Source: an uncultured Sphingomonas sp. (GTDB taxonomy: Bacteria; Pseudomonadota; Alphaproteobacteria; Sphingomonadales; Sphingomonadaceae). From it: 64,000 nt of DNA. The notes under the pieces are model-generated. The model was given only the letters and a program-made list of their open reading frames with translations. It did not search any database and was not told the DNA's origin. Shown here one piece after another: positions 24,174 through 35,500 of this stretch; positions within the stretch are counted from its first letter, which is position 1; the number at the start of each line of letters is the position of its first letter. The translations under genes were made by a program, and so were the position numbers. The stretch lies in contig NZ_CAXSBH010000009.1 of assembly GCF_964235535.1 (NCBI RefSeq), positions 5,087 to 69,086 on the forward strand. Direction: 5' to 3'.

Positions 24174-27013
24174 CAGTTGGAGGCGGTACGCGCGGGCGCG
24201 GCCGCGCCCCCGGCGACCGCCGCCGCGGGGATCACCTCGACGGGCAGCCCCAGGCTGTCAAGCTGCGGCCGGACGACCTTGGCGTCCCCGACCACGACCC
24301 AGATCAGCTTGTTCGGGTCGATCACCCGCTTGATCGCCGCGTCGAGCTGGTCGCGCGTCATCACCCGGTAGCTTTGCGTGATCCGGGCGTAGTAATCGTC
24401 GGGCCGCCGGAACAAGTCGTTGCTCTGCATCGCACCCAGCACCGCGCCCGACGTCTCGAAATTGCCCGACAGCGCGCGTACCGCGCCCGTGATCGCCCGC
24501 TCGAACTCGACTTGCGTCAACGGCTTGGTCGTCACGAACTCGGCCACGTCGACCTTCAGCGAGGCGATCGACGGACCCGTCTTGTCCGCCTGGACGGGCG
24601 CCGACACGATATAGGGCGCGGCGTACTCGGCCTGTGCGAACGACCCGCGTGCACCGTAGGACCAGCCCCGCGTCTCGCGCAGGTCGGTGTTGATGCGCCC
24701 CAGGAAACTCCCGCCCAGCGCGTCGTTCGCCGTCTGCACCGCCAGCAGGTCGTCCGTACCCTTCAACGGCGTGGGCAGCGCCGCCAGGATCAGCGATTGC
24801 GGGCTGTCCGGCCGGTCGATCAGCACGATCTTCGGAGTCCCCGGCCGCGCCGCGCCGAAGTTCTTGACCCCTGCGACGCCGACCCCGCGCCAGTCGCCGA
24901 ACCGCCGGTCGAGCGCGGGCAGCACTTCCTCCAGCGGCCGGTCGCTCGTCACGAACAGCTTGGCCTTGTCGGGCCGGAGCCAGGCGTCGCGGAACGCCAC
25001 CAGGTCGGCCCGCGTCAGCGCCGCCACCGCGCGCGGATCGCCGCTGCCCTGCGCCTTGGCGTAGGGGCTGTCAGGCCCTGCGATCAGCGGCGGGAGCACG
25101 CGGCCCGCCAAGCCTTGCGGGCTGGTGAGCTCCTGCGCGATCCCGGCGAGCTGCTGCTGCTTGACGCGCTGCACCTCCGCGTCGGCGAAGGCGGGGTTGC
25201 GCGCCACGTCGGCGAACAGGTCGAGCGCGGGTTGCAGGTTCGCGCTCGGCACCTCGAGCGACAGGGTCGTGCGGTCGTTCGACGCGCCCGTGCCGATGTC
25301 CGCGCCCAGCCGCTCCTTGGCTTCGGCCAAGCGGATCGAGTCGAGCGTCGTCGTCCCCTCGTCCATCACCGCCAGCGTCAAGCCTTGCGTACCGAGCTTG
25401 CCCGGCACGTCCGCCGCGACGCCCGCATCGAAGCTCAGCACGGCTTGGGTGATAGGCACGGCGGTCCGTTGCGCATAGACCACCTCGATCCCGTTCTTGA
25501 GTTTCGCGCGTCGCACGGCGGGGAAGCTCAGCGACGCGACATCGCCTACAGCCGGCAATGCGCCGCGCGTGCCCTGGAACGGCGTGTCGGCCGCTTTGAC
25601 CACGGCGGCGGCGGGAGTTGCGGCATTCTGGTACGCATCGCGCGCACCCAGCACGATCGCAAACGCATAGACCGGGCGAGTCAGCCAGCGGTTCATCGCC
25701 GCCTTGACCGTATCGGGCGTCTGGCGGCCGAGCGCCTGCAGCCGTTTCTTGTAGTAGCCCGGATCGTTCGAATAGAGCGCGCCCTCCGCCAGCGCCACCG
25801 CCTTGCCCCCGAACCCGCCGACCGACTCCAGCCCCGCGACCCGGTTGGCGACGACGCCCGTGACGTATCGGTTGACCTCGTCGGCGGTCGGCCCGGTGCG
25901 GACGAAGTCGGCCACGACCGCGTCCAGCCGCCGCTCGAGCAGCGCCTGGTCCACCCCCGGCGCGGCCACCGCGGTGACGGAGAACGAGCCGACCTCGGCG
26001 AACGCGCGGTTGCCCGCGCTAACCTGTACCGCCAGTTTCTCCTGCCGCACGAGCGCATTGTCGAGCCGCGACGAGCTCAGGCCCCCCAGCACCCCGCCCG
26101 CGACGTCGAGCGCGGCGGCGTCCGCCTCGTTCAGCCCGGGCACCGACCAGCTCCGCGTGACGAGTGGCGCCGCCACCCGGTCGCGCTGCGTCTCGTTCAC
26201 CGCGGCCGGCAGCGCGGCGATCGGCGCGGGCCGCTTCACGCTCGCGCGTCCCCGCGGGATCGCGCCGAAATACTGCGTAACCTTGGCCCGCGCGGTCGCG
26301 ACATCGACGTCGCCCGCCAGCACCAGCACCGCGTTATTGGGCGCGTAATTGTCGCGGAACCAGTTCTTCACGTCGTCCAGCGACGCCGCGTCGAGATCGG
26401 CCATCGAACCGATCGTCGTATGGTTGTACGGATGCCCGGCCGGGAACAGTCCGCCAGGCAGCTTGTACCGCAGCAACCCGTAGGGCTGGTTGTCGCCCTG
26501 GCGCTTCTCGTTCTGGACGACTCCGCGCTGCTCGTCGAGCTTGGCTTGGGTGATCGCGCCCAGCAGATACCCCATCCGATCGGATTCGAGGAACAGCGCC
26601 CGGTCGAGCGCGGCGGTCGGCACCGTCTCGAAATAGTTGGTCCGGTCGTAGCTCGTCGTGCCGTTGTAATCGGTCGCGCCGACCACCTTCAGCGGTTCGA
26701 AGAATTCGCCCGGCGCGTTCTCCGACCCGTTGAACATCAGATGCTCGAACAGATGCGCGAAGCCCGTCTTGCCTTGGGGCTCGTGCTTGGAGCCTACATC
26801 GTACCACACCGACACCGCGACCACCGGGGCCTTGCGGTCGGTATGGACGATGACGCGTAAGCCGTTGGGAAGCTTAAACTGCTGATAGGGGATATCGACC
26901 GAGCGGACGAGCTGCGACACGGGGGCCGGACCGACCGCCGCGGGCGTGGCCGCCTGAACTTGAGCGGACGGGACGAGCGCGGCCCCGGCAAGCGCCAAGT
27001 ATTTCAGATGCAT
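24173..27013 (-). CDS. Secreted M16-family (pitrilysin/insulinase-like) zinc peptidase, double-module
   Basis: It has a signal peptide and the inverted zinc motif HxxEH in FAHLFEHLMFNGSEN. The 946-aa length corresponds to an active plus an inactive M16 half. Confidence 0.85.
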   Translation of the reverse strand: MHLKYLALAGAALVPSAQVQAATPAAVGPAPVSQLVRSVDIPYQQFKLPNGLRVIVHTDRKAPVVAVSVWYDVGSKHEPQGKTGFAHLFEHLMFNGSENAPGEFFEPLKVVGATDYNGTTSYDRTNYFETVPTAALDRALFLESDRMGYLLGAITQAKLDEQRGVVQNEKRQGDNQPYGLLRYKLPGGLFPAGHPYNHTTIGSMADLDAASLDDVKNWFRDNYAPNNAVLVLAGDVDVATARAKVTQYFGAIPRGRASVKRPAPIAALPAAVNETQRDRVAAPLVTRSWSVPGLNEADAAALDVAGGVLGGLSSSRLDNALVRQEKLAVQVSAGNRAFAEVGSFSVTAVAAPGVDQALLERRLDAVVADFVRTGPTADEVNRYVTGVVANRVAGLESVGGFGGKAVALAEGALYSNDPGYYKKRLQALGRQTPDTVKAAMNRWLTRPVYAFAIVLGARDAYQNAATPAAAVVKAADTPFQGTRGALPAVGDVASLSFPAVRRAKLKNGIEVVYAQRTAVPITQAVLSFDAGVAADVPGKLGTQGLTLAVMDEGTTTLDSIRLAEAKERLGADIGTGASNDRTTLSLEVPSANLQPALDLFADVARNPAFADAEVQRVKQQQLAGIAQELTSPQGLAGRVLPPLIAGPDSPYAKAQGSGDPRAVAALTRADLVAFRDAWLRPDKAKLFVTSDRPLEEVLPALDRRFGDWRGVGVAGVKNFGAARPGTPKIVLIDRPDSPQSLILAALPTPLKGTDDLLAVQTANDALGGSFLGRINTDLRETRGWSYGARGSFAQAEYAAPYIVSAPVQADKTGPSIASLKVDVAEFVTTKPLTQVEFERAITGAVRALSGNFETSGAVLGAMQSNDLFRRPDDYYARITQSYRVMTRDQLDAAIKRVIDPNKLIWVVVGDAKVVRPQLDSLGLPVEVIPAAAVAGGAAAPARTASN

Positions 27014-27107
27014 GGATGAGCGACCTTCCTGGATATCCCGTCCGAGTTAGACTTCCTGCTTGCCCCCGGCAACCACGCCTCGATGCCGGCGTGGCGTCCC
27101 TGCGGCT

Positions 27108-28595
27108 TCACCGCGCCAGCACGGCGTAACCGATACTCGCGCTCGGCGGGTACCGTACCAGCGGGCGCTCCTCGCGGACGCCCGTGCGCCCGACCGAACG
27201 GCCCGCGTCGAGATCGACCCAGGCTACCGTCGCGATCCGCCCCTCGCGCCGCAGCAGTTCGGGCACCGCGCGCTCGGCCAGCGGGCCGATCGCGGGGAAG
27301 CCCGAAGCCCAGCGGTCGGTCGCCGCGAACGGGATGGTGCGCACGCGCAACCGGCAGTCCGGCGGTCGGCAATAGCGCCTGATCGCAAAAGCCGGTCCCT
27401 TGCCGAGCGTGACGACCACGCCCGCCGGATCCGTCGCGGCGACGTCGCGCACCAGTGCGCGCCAGGGTTCGATCTCGCGGCGGGGCCACCAGGCCGCCAG
27501 CCCCGCGACCTGCGCCGCGACCAGCAGCGCCAGCACTCCCGCCCGCGCGGCGCGCCCGGGCAACGCGGCGACGCCCACCCCCGCCAGCACCGCGAACGCG
27601 CCCGCCGCGAAATAGACGGTGCGCGGCAGGAACACGGGCACCGCGCGGCTCAGCACGAACAGCAGCACGGGCGTCCCCGCCGCCAGCAGCGCGAGCATCA
27701 GCCCGCCGCGCGACCGAGCCGCCCATGCGCCCCACCCGGCGACGGCCGCGGCGACGGCGGCCGCGGGCAGCTGCAGCAGACCGAACCCCCAGGACGCGTA
27801 GCTCTCCAGCGTCATCCGCACGGCGTAGGGGAACGACGGCGGCGCGATCCAGCCGATGTTGGAGGCATTGCGCGCCTGCGCGACGGTAAGCGTGCCCCAC
27901 CACGCCCATGCGAGCACGACCAGCGCGTTGGCCGCCACCCACTCGGCCGCCGCCGCCCCGAGCGGGCGGGCGCGGCGTGCGGCAAGGAAGCGCCAGGCCA
28001 CATACGCATTCAGCAGGAGCGGCAGCAGCACCAACGTCGTATGACTGTAAAGCGCCGTGACGCATGCCGCAGCGTAGAGCATCAGCGCCCGCCGCCGCGC
28101 GACCGCCGGGCCGCTGTCTTCCGTCTCCCGCAGGAAAAGGAGTACGCCCAGGATCGCGGCGAGCGCGGCGGTGTGGGCCAGCACGTACCCGCGGACCTGC
28201 TGGCTGTAGAGGACGTGCTGCGCCGACAGCGCGAGCAGCGCCGCCGCGATCAGGCCCGCGCGCCGCCCCGCCATCGCCCGTCCGACCAGATAGGCGAACA
28301 CGACGCCCGCCATCCCGATGACCACCGACAGCGACCGGGCCGCCGCGTCGCCGTCGCCGAACAAGGCGGTCCAACCCCCGAGCAAGCTGTAATAAAGCGG
28401 CGGATTGGTTTCGCGGATCATCCACCCGGACCAGAGCCGCCGCAGCGGCGTGCGCGCGAACTCCATCGACGCGATCTCGTCGTACCATAGCGAGTAGGAC
28501 AGGCCGATCACGCGCACCGCGAGCGCAAGCGCCAGGATCGCGAGCAGCGGCAGCAGGCCGCCCGGGTCCGGCCGGTGCTGCGCGGCGGGGGTCAA
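27108..28595 (-). CDS. GT-C fold glycosyltransferase (family 39 / ArnT / PMT_2-like)
   Basis: It is polytopic. LLAILALALAVRVIGLSYSLWYDEIASMEFAR matches the conserved first loop of GT39/PMT_2 enzymes. The proposed TTG start overlaps the stop of the upstream GT2 gene (TTGA). The ORF is open to 28775 but has no ATG or GTG there. Confidence 0.7.
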   Translation of the reverse strand: MTPAAQHRPDPGGLLPLLAILALALAVRVIGLSYSLWYDEIASMEFARTPLRRLWSGWMIRETNPPLYYSLLGGWTALFGDGDAAARSLSVVIGMAGVVFAYLVGRAMAGRRAGLIAAALLALSAQHVLYSQQVRGYVLAHTAALAAILGVLLFLRETEDSGPAVARRRALMLYAAACVTALYSHTTLVLLPLLLNAYVAWRFLAARRARPLGAAAAEWVAANALVVLAWAWWGTLTVAQARNASNIGWIAPPSFPYAVRMTLESYASWGFGLLQLPAAAVAAAVAGWGAWAARSRGGLMLALLAAGTPVLLFVLSRAVPVFLPRTVYFAAGAFAVLAGVGVAALPGRAARAGVLALLVAAQVAGLAAWWPRREIEPWRALVRDVAATDPAGVVVTLGKGPAFAIRRYCRPPDCRLRVRTIPFAATDRWASGFPAIGPLAERAVPELLRREGRIATVAWVDLDAGRSVGRTGVREERPLVRYPPSASIGYAVLAR

Positions 28596-29758
28596 GCTGC
28601 CGTGACCGTCGCCGATGGCCGCTTGCGCCGCCTGCCCCAGACGAAGCTGCTCGCCGCGCCGAAGTTGAACGCCGCGCCCATTACCGCGCCCGCGATCCCC
28701 GACAGCGACCAGTTTCCAGTCTGCTGGATCGCAAGGTCCGCCACGCCCACATTGGCGACCGCGCCGATGCTGCATACCACCATGAACAGCGGCAGCCCGA
28801 CCAGGAAGCTCCGGCCCCGCAGCCGCTTGTCGCGGTAGGTGAACTCGTTGTTCACGACGTAGTTGAACACCATCGACCCAACGACGGCGTAGGACTGGGC
28901 GGGCAGGAAGCTCAGGCCCAATGCGCCGCCGACCGACAGCAGCGCCAGATGGACGCCCAACCCGAGCCCGCCCACGATCGCGAACAGGACGAAGCGCGGC
29001 GGGATCAGCCCGCGCGATAGCTTGTCGATCAGCAGGAACGCGAACTCGGCGAGCACCATCAGGCTGATCTTGCTCTCGCCCGCGCGCCGCGTCCGGAATA
29101 CGTACGGCATCTCCTCGATCTTCAGCGGCACGGGTGCCGACGAGATCAGGTCGATTAGGATCTTGTAGCCCTGCTGCGACAGGTCATAGATCGCCGACGC
29201 GAAGGCCGCGCGCCGGACCGTGAAGAAGCCGCTCATCGGATCGCTCGTCTGGTGGCCGACGAGCATGCGGCTGATCCGGGTCGCAAGGTCGCTCATCCGC
29301 GCGCGGCGTTCGTCCCACTCGCCGACCCCGCCTCCGCCGGCATAGCGCGTGCCGACGACCAGGTCGGCCCCCGTGTTCCGCAGCCGGTCGTACATCGGAC
29401 GCAGCAGCGTCTCGTCATGCTGGAAGTCGCCGTCGATCACCGCCACGACCTCGGCGTTGGCGACCAGTACGCCCTCGATCACCGCCGACGACAGGCCGCG
29501 CCGCCCGATCCGGCGCAGGCAGCGCACGCGCGGCTCCCCCTTCGCGATCTCGGCCACCTCCGCCCACGTACGGTCGGGGCTGTCGTCGTCCACGACGATC
29601 ATCTCCCATGGCAGGTCGCCCAGCGCCTCCCCGACCGCCGCCACGAATGCGCGCATGTTGTCGCGCTCGTTGAAGGTGGGCACGACGACCGACAGGGCGG
29701 GCGCGCGGTGGGGGACTGCGCGGACCGCCTGGAGCTCCGCCTCGCCGGTCACGATCAT
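28592..29758 (-). CDS. GT2 polyprenyl-phosphate glycosyltransferase (DPM1/ArnC/GtrB-like) fused to a GtrA-like membrane domain
   Basis: The GT-A domain has LSVVVPTFNERDN, VVDDDSPDRT and IDGDFQHD. The C-terminal ~120 aa has four TM segments like GtrA. Confidence 0.8.
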   Translation of the reverse strand: MIVTGEAELQAVRAVPHRAPALSVVVPTFNERDNMRAFVAAVGEALGDLPWEMIVVDDDSPDRTWAEVAEIAKGEPRVRCLRRIGRRGLSSAVIEGVLVANAEVVAVIDGDFQHDETLLRPMYDRLRNTGADLVVGTRYAGGGGVGEWDERRARMSDLATRISRMLVGHQTSDPMSGFFTVRRAAFASAIYDLSQQGYKILIDLISSAPVPLKIEEMPYVFRTRRAGESKISLMVLAEFAFLLIDKLSRGLIPPRFVLFAIVGGLGLGVHLALLSVGGALGLSFLPAQSYAVVGSMVFNYVVNNEFTYRDKRLRGRSFLVGLPLFMVVCSIGAVANVGVADLAIQQTGNWSLSGIAGAVMGAAFNFGAASSFVWGRRRKRPSATVTAA

Positions 29759-29881
29759 GCCAATCCCCTTCGTCTCGCCCCGCCGTTGCTGCGCGAGCTA
29801 GCGACGCGATGCAAGCCGCGCGATCGGCGAACCGCCCGGATCGGCACACCGCCGGCATGGGCTCATACGCCGTTCGCCGCC

Positions 29882-29909
29882 CTTGTGCCGCTTTCGCCGG
29901 ACTTTATCT
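29882..29909 (+). promoter_or_regulatory. Candidate sigma-32 (RpoH)-type promoter for clpB
   Basis: CTTG-N17-TTTATCT lies 25 nt upstream of the clpB ATG. It resembles the alphaproteobacterial heat-shock promoter consensus CTTG-N17/18-CYTATNT. This is a pattern match only. Confidence 0.45.
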
Positions 29910-29933
29910 CACGAAGCGAGCACAAGGACCCAC

Positions 29934-32555
29934 ATGAACCTCGAAAAATTCACCGACCGCGCCAAGGGCTTCCTGCAGTCGGCGCAAACCGTCGCGATCC
30001 GCATGAACCATCAGCGGATCTCGCCCGAGCACATCCTGAAGGCCTTGCTCGAGGACGAGCAGGGCATGGCCGCCGGACTGATCGGCGCGGCCGGCGGCGA
30101 CGCCAAGCGCGCGGTTGCCGAGACCGACGCGCTGCTCGCCAAAGTGCCCGCCGTCAGCGGCGGCGGTGCGCAACAGACGCCCGGCCTCGACAACGACGCG
30201 GTGCGCCTGCTCGACCAGGCCGAACAGATCGCCGCCAAGGCGGGCGACGGTTTCGTGACCGTCGAACGTCTGTTGCTGTCCGTGTCTATGTCGTCGAACC
30301 CGGCCGGCCGCGCGCTCGCGGCGGCGGGGGTCAAGCCGGACGCGCTGAACACCGCGGTCAACCAGCTCCGTCAGGGCCGTACCGCCGACACGGCGAGCGC
30401 TGAGGACCGCTACGACGCGCTCAAGAAATTCGCCCGCGACCTCACGCAGGCCGCGCGCGACGGCAAACTCGATCCCGTCATCGGCCGCGACGAGGAGATC
30501 AGACGGACGATCCAGATCCTCGCGCGCCGGACCAAGAACAACCCCGCGCTGATCGGCGAGCCCGGCGTCGGCAAGACCGCGATCGCCGAAGGGCTGGCGC
30601 TGCGCATCGCCAACGGTGACGTGCCTGACACGTTGAAAGGTCGCCGCCTCATGTCGCTCGATCTGGGCGCGCTGATCGCCGGGGCCAAATACCGCGGCGA
30701 GTTCGAGGAACGGCTCAAGGGCGTGCTCGACGAGGTCAAGGCGGCCGAGGGCGACATCGTCCTGTTCATCGACGAGATGCACCAGCTGATCGGCGCGGGT
30801 AAGTCGGAGGGCGCGATGGACGCGGGCAACCTGCTCAAGCCCGCGCTCGCCCGCGGTGAGCTCCACTGCGTCGGCGCGACCACGCTCGACGAATACCGCA
30901 AGCATGTCGAGAAGGATCCCGCGCTCCAACGCCGCTTCCAGCCCGTCTTCGTCGGCGAGCCGACCGTCGAGGACACCGTCTCGATCCTGCGCGGGCTGAA
31001 GGAGAAGTACGAGCTCCATCACGGCGTCCGCATCACCGACGCGGCGATCGTCGCCGCCTCGACCCTGTCGAACCGTTACATCACCGACCGCTTCCTCCCC
31101 GACAAGGCGATCGACCTGATGGACGAGGCCGCCAGCCGCATCCGCATGGAGGTGGAGTCGAAGCCCGAGGAGATCGAGACGCTCGACCGCCGCATCCTTC
31201 GCCTAAGAATCGAGCGCGAGGCGCTCCGCCGCGAGAGCGACGACGCCTCGCGCGACCGGCTAGGGGCGTTGGAGCGCGATCTGGCCGGGCTGGAGGAGCA
31301 GTCGGCCGCGCTCACCGCGCGCTGGCAGGGCGAAAAGGACAAGATCGGCGCGGAGGCTAAGCTCAAGGAGCAGCTCGACGCCGCGCGCATCGCGCTCGAC
31401 CAGGCGCAGCGCACCGGCGACCTCGCGCGCGCGGGCGAGCTTTCCTACGGCACGATCCCGGCGCTCGAGCGCCAGCTCGCCGAGGCCGGCGTCGCGACCG
31501 AGGGCGCGATGCTGCGCGAGGAGGTGACGGCCGACGACATAGCGGGCGTCGTCAGCCGCTGGACCGGCGTCCCCGTCGAACGCATGCTGGAGGGCGAGCG
31601 CGACAAGCTCCTGAAGATGGAAGAGGCGATCGGCCGCCGCGTCATCGGCCAGGCGCACGCCGTCCACGCCGTATCCACCGCCGTCCGCCGAGCGCGCGCG
31701 GGATTGCAGGACCCCAACCGCCCGCTCGGCTCGTTCCTGTTCCTCGGCCCCACCGGCGTCGGCAAGACCGAGCTGACCAAGGCGCTGGCCGAGTTCCTGT
31801 TCGACGACCCCGCCGCGATGGTCCGCATCGACATGTCGGAGTTCATGGAGAAGCACGCCGTCTCCCGCCTGATCGGCGCGCCCCCGGGCTATGTCGGCTA
31901 CGAGGAGGGCGGCGTTCTGACCGAGGCCGTCCGCCGCCGCCCGTATCAGGTGATCCTGTTCGACGAGGTGGAGAAAGCGCACGGCGACGTGTTCAACATC
32001 CTCCTTCAGGTGCTCGATGACGGCCGCCTCACTGACGGCCAGGGCCGCACGGTCGACTTCACCAACACGCTCATCATCCTGACGAGCAATCTCGGCTCGC
32101 AATATCTGACGACGCTCGCCGACGATCAGGATGTCGACACCGTCGAGCCGCAAGTGATGGAGATCATCCGCGCCCATTTCCGGCCCGAGTTCCTCAACCG
32201 CCTCGACGAAGTGATCCTGTTCCACCGGCTCGGCCAGGCGCACATGGCCCCGATCGTCGATATCCAGGTCGCGCGCGTCGGCAAGCTACTGGCCGACCGC
32301 AAGGTAACGCTCGACCTCACCGACGCCGCGCGCGCCTGGCTAGGCCGCGTCGGCTACGACCCCGTCTATGGCGCGCGGCCGCTTAAGCGCGCGGTCCAGC
32401 GCCACCTCCAGGATCCGCTCGCCGACCTGATCCTACGCGGGGCGGTCAAGGACGGCCAGACGATCCGCGTCGACGAGGGCGAGGGCAAGCTGGCGCTCGG
32501 GGTGGCGCAAAACACGATAGGGAGTGACATCCGACCGGACACCACTCCTCCTTAA
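29934..32555 (+). CDS. clpB: ATP-dependent chaperone ClpB, with a non-canonical 16-aa C-terminal extension
   Basis: It has the Clp N-domain, two AAA+ modules ([20 protein letters not shown]) and a coiled-coil middle domain. The start is placed at [12 protein letters not shown]. The last 16 codons ([16 protein letters not shown]) lie beyond the point where homology to the orphan clpB fragment at 35853 ends. Confidence 0.95.
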   Translation: MNLEKFTDRAKGFLQSAQTVAIRMNHQRISPEHILKALLEDEQGMAAGLIGAAGGDAKRAVAETDALLAKVPAVSGGGAQQTPGLDNDAVRLLDQAEQIAAKAGDGFVTVERLLLSVSMSSNPAGRALAAAGVKPDALNTAVNQLRQGRTADTASAEDRYDALKKFARDLTQAARDGKLDPVIGRDEEIRRTIQILARRTKNNPALIGEPGVGKTAIAEGLALRIANGDVPDTLKGRRLMSLDLGALIAGAKYRGEFEERLKGVLDEVKAAEGDIVLFIDEMHQLIGAGKSEGAMDAGNLLKPALARGELHCVGATTLDEYRKHVEKDPALQRRFQPVFVGEPTVEDTVSILRGLKEKYELHHGVRITDAAIVAASTLSNRYITDRFLPDKAIDLMDEAASRIRMEVESKPEEIETLDRRILRLRIEREALRRESDDASRDRLGALERDLAGLEEQSAALTARWQGEKDKIGAEAKLKEQLDAARIALDQAQRTGDLARAGELSYGTIPALERQLAEAGVATEGAMLREEVTADDIAGVVSRWTGVPVERMLEGERDKLLKMEEAIGRRVIGQAHAVHAVSTAVRRARAGLQDPNRPLGSFLFLGPTGVGKTELTKALAEFLFDDPAAMVRIDMSEFMEKHAVSRLIGAPPGYVGYEEGGVLTEAVRRRPYQVILFDEVEKAHGDVFNILLQVLDDGRLTDGQGRTVDFTNTLIILTSNLGSQYLTTLADDQDVDTVEPQVMEIIRAHFRPEFLNRLDEVILFHRLGQAHMAPIVDIQVARVGKLLADRKVTLDLTDAARAWLGRVGYDPVYGARPLKRAVQRHLQDPLADLILRGAVKDGQTIRVDEGEGKLALGVAQNTIGSDIRPDTTPP

Positions 32556-32566
32556 GCAGATCGGTT

Positions 32567-35500
32567 CTACAAACCGACGCGTATGCCCGCGCGGAATGAT
32601 CGACCATAGATTCCTGTGCCGCCCTGAACGGGATTATACAGGTGGGCACCATAGGTCACCACGTCGATTGGCGGCAAGTCGTCGAGGATGTTGAGCACGT
32701 TGACGTAGAAGGTGAACTGATCGTTGACCTTGAAGCTGCCCGTTACGTCCACCGTCGTATAAGAAGGCACGTCCGGATCGACATATTCCGGGGCTAGCCC
32801 ACCATCTCCTTGAGTACCCGGACCGGTCTGGTCCTCGGCGGAGAGATTATACCCGTCGAAGTAATTAGCCGTCCCGCTTAGGATGAAGTCGCCCAAGTCG
32901 AGCGTATTTTGCCACGAGATACGCCATTCGGGCGTGCCTGATCCGGCGGTAAGGTTGAAGTTGCCGAGAGTGCCCTCGTAGCGCTCTTTCGTCCCATCGG
33001 GAAATGTCGTGGAGAGTTCCAGAATCAGGCTGGCGTCGGCGGACGAGGTGAAGCGAAATCCATCGCCGAACGGAAAGCTTGCCGTCGCGGAGAAGTCGAT
33101 GCCCTCCGACTTGATCGTGTTGGCGTTGACGAAGCCCGACTCGATAAAGCCGATGCGCGGTCGCGCGTTCGGAAAAGCGGAGTCCGTCACGTCCGCAATG
33201 ACGTTGTAACCGTCCGGAGTCGCCGCATTCGCATAGTAGGCCGCCAGCGCCGGCGAGGCGTTCGCGGTCGTGATCGCGTTGGTCTTCTTGATGTTGAAAT
33301 AATCAATCGTAATCGCGACCCCGCGGATCGGTTCGAGAATCACACCGCCGGTAAAGCTGCGTGACTTTTCCGGCTCGAGATCCTCGGTGCCAAGCGAGGT
33401 CAAACCGTACGTCGCAGTGCGGATGTAGGTCGGGCACGTCGAAAAGGTCGCCTGCGTGCAATTATACTGAGCTAGGAAGGCGTCCGGATAGATGCTCGAC
33501 GACGCGGTCACGAAACCGGTGGTCGGTAGCGCGTTAGCCTCGGCGAAGCTGGGAATGCGGAACCCGCGCGAATAGGTTCCTCGGATCGCGACCTGCCGGA
33601 TCGGCGTGAACTTGGCGCCGATCTTGGGCGAGAACGCGTCTTGGCCGCTCGAGTATTTATCATATCGGCCCGACGCATTGACCGTGAACTGGTCCACGAT
33701 CGGTGCATCGAGTTCGGCGAAAGCCGAATAGACCTCGCGACTTCCCGAAGATCCGAACGCGTTGATCGTGAAATAGCGGTTCGTCGGCCCGTTGGAGTCG
33801 GGATTGGCGCTAGGCGAGTCGACGGACTCGTAGCGGAACGCCACGCCGACGCCGAGCTGAAGCGGACCGCCCGGCAGGTCGAACAGTTTCTTACCTGCTG
33901 AAAACTGAGCTTGATATAAATCCGATTCTGAGCCGGTGATGTTTACTGGGGTCAGAAAGTCGAGCGTCGCTTGGCTATTCGCCGACGGATTGGCAAAATT
34001 ATATGACCCATTGCCGATCGCAGTCAGCAGATTGGAGATAAAGACAAATCCGTCCTGCGTTCGGCGAAGGTCATTGTGCATCGCGGTCAAATCGAAACTA
34101 TAGTCCAAGTCGTCGAACACGGTGCCGTTGACGCCCGCCGCCGCGCGATAAACACGGCTGCGCGTCTCGTTGAAGGTCTGTTCATTGGGCAATCGGCCGA
34201 TCAGGCGCGCGACTTGGCCCTGCGCGGCGAACGGATTGTTTGGATTGAGACGGCGGTCCGTCGCCGTGTCGCAGTTAGTCGCCGCGGCGCATACGAACAC
34301 CGGAAGCGCGAGCACGCCGGAGCCGGCCGCGAAGATCGGCCCGCTCGTCTGCGTGGAGAATCGGGGAAAGAGGATGCCGGCCGGCGCGTTCGCTCGGATA
34401 AACGGCGTACCCCCGGTATAGTTCACCCTGCTTTGCTGAAAGTTTACTTGGAGGTATGCCTCCGAACTGTCGCCGACCTTGGCCGTGGCACGTGCCGAGC
34501 CGCCGAACCGCTCGATGTTGGGCGAGATCACGCCGAACTGGTTGGTCAGGTCCTCTTGGCAAACCGTACCCGGTGCGGTCGGATTGGCGGCAAGGTCCGC
34601 CCCGGTTAGCGTATACTGGGATCCTCGTACGCAGCCGAGAGCCGGATTCAGCTGCTGGTATCGACCCAACGCCGCAGTGTTGGCCGCATTCGCGGGGCGG
34701 ACGTAAAAGGTGCTCAACGCGCCCGACCCGGTGTTCGCGTCGGAGAAGCCCTGAAACGCGCCGTTCGCATCCAGCCCGTTGATGATGTTGTTCGGACCGC
34801 CGGTGCCGATCCCTCGCTGGTCATCCGTGTTGAACGGGTATGGCCGGTCGTGATTGAATAGCGCCTCTTGCCGGAGGTAGAACCCGCTCGCGTAGACGTT
34901 GAACCGGTCTTCGTCGAGATCGCCGGTTCCAAGCGTCAACGATAGTCGCTGATTGGCCCCATCGCCGCGCTCCGTGATGCCGGCCTCGACGCGCGCGCCG
35001 ATACCGACGAATTGGCGCTTGGTGATGATGTTGACCACGCCCGCGATCGCGTCCGCGCCGTAGGTCGAAGATGCGCCGTCGCGCAAAACTTCGATCCGGT
35101 CGACGATATCGTCGGGTATGGTGTTCAGGTCGACGAAGTTGCGGCTACCGTCGTCCGCCAAGGGATAATACGCCGCGCGCAAGCCGTCGAACAACACCAA
35201 AGTCGAGTTGGTCGACAGACCGCGCAGCGAAACCGACGACGCGCCGGCCGCGAACGCGCCGTTGGACGTGAACGAGTTCGTCAGCGCGGGCCCGTTATTA
35301 AAGGTGAGCTGCTGGATCCCTTCCTGAACGGTATTGATCCCGCGCTGGTCGAGGGCTTCAGCCGTGACGGTGGTGAGGGGCGAGGGCGTCTCGATGTCGG
35401 TGCGGCGGAAGATCGAGCCGGTCACGACGACATCCTCGCCCTCAGCGGGCGCGTCCGCTTCCTGCGGTCCCTGGGTCGCGACGGTGTTAGGAACCGGTGC

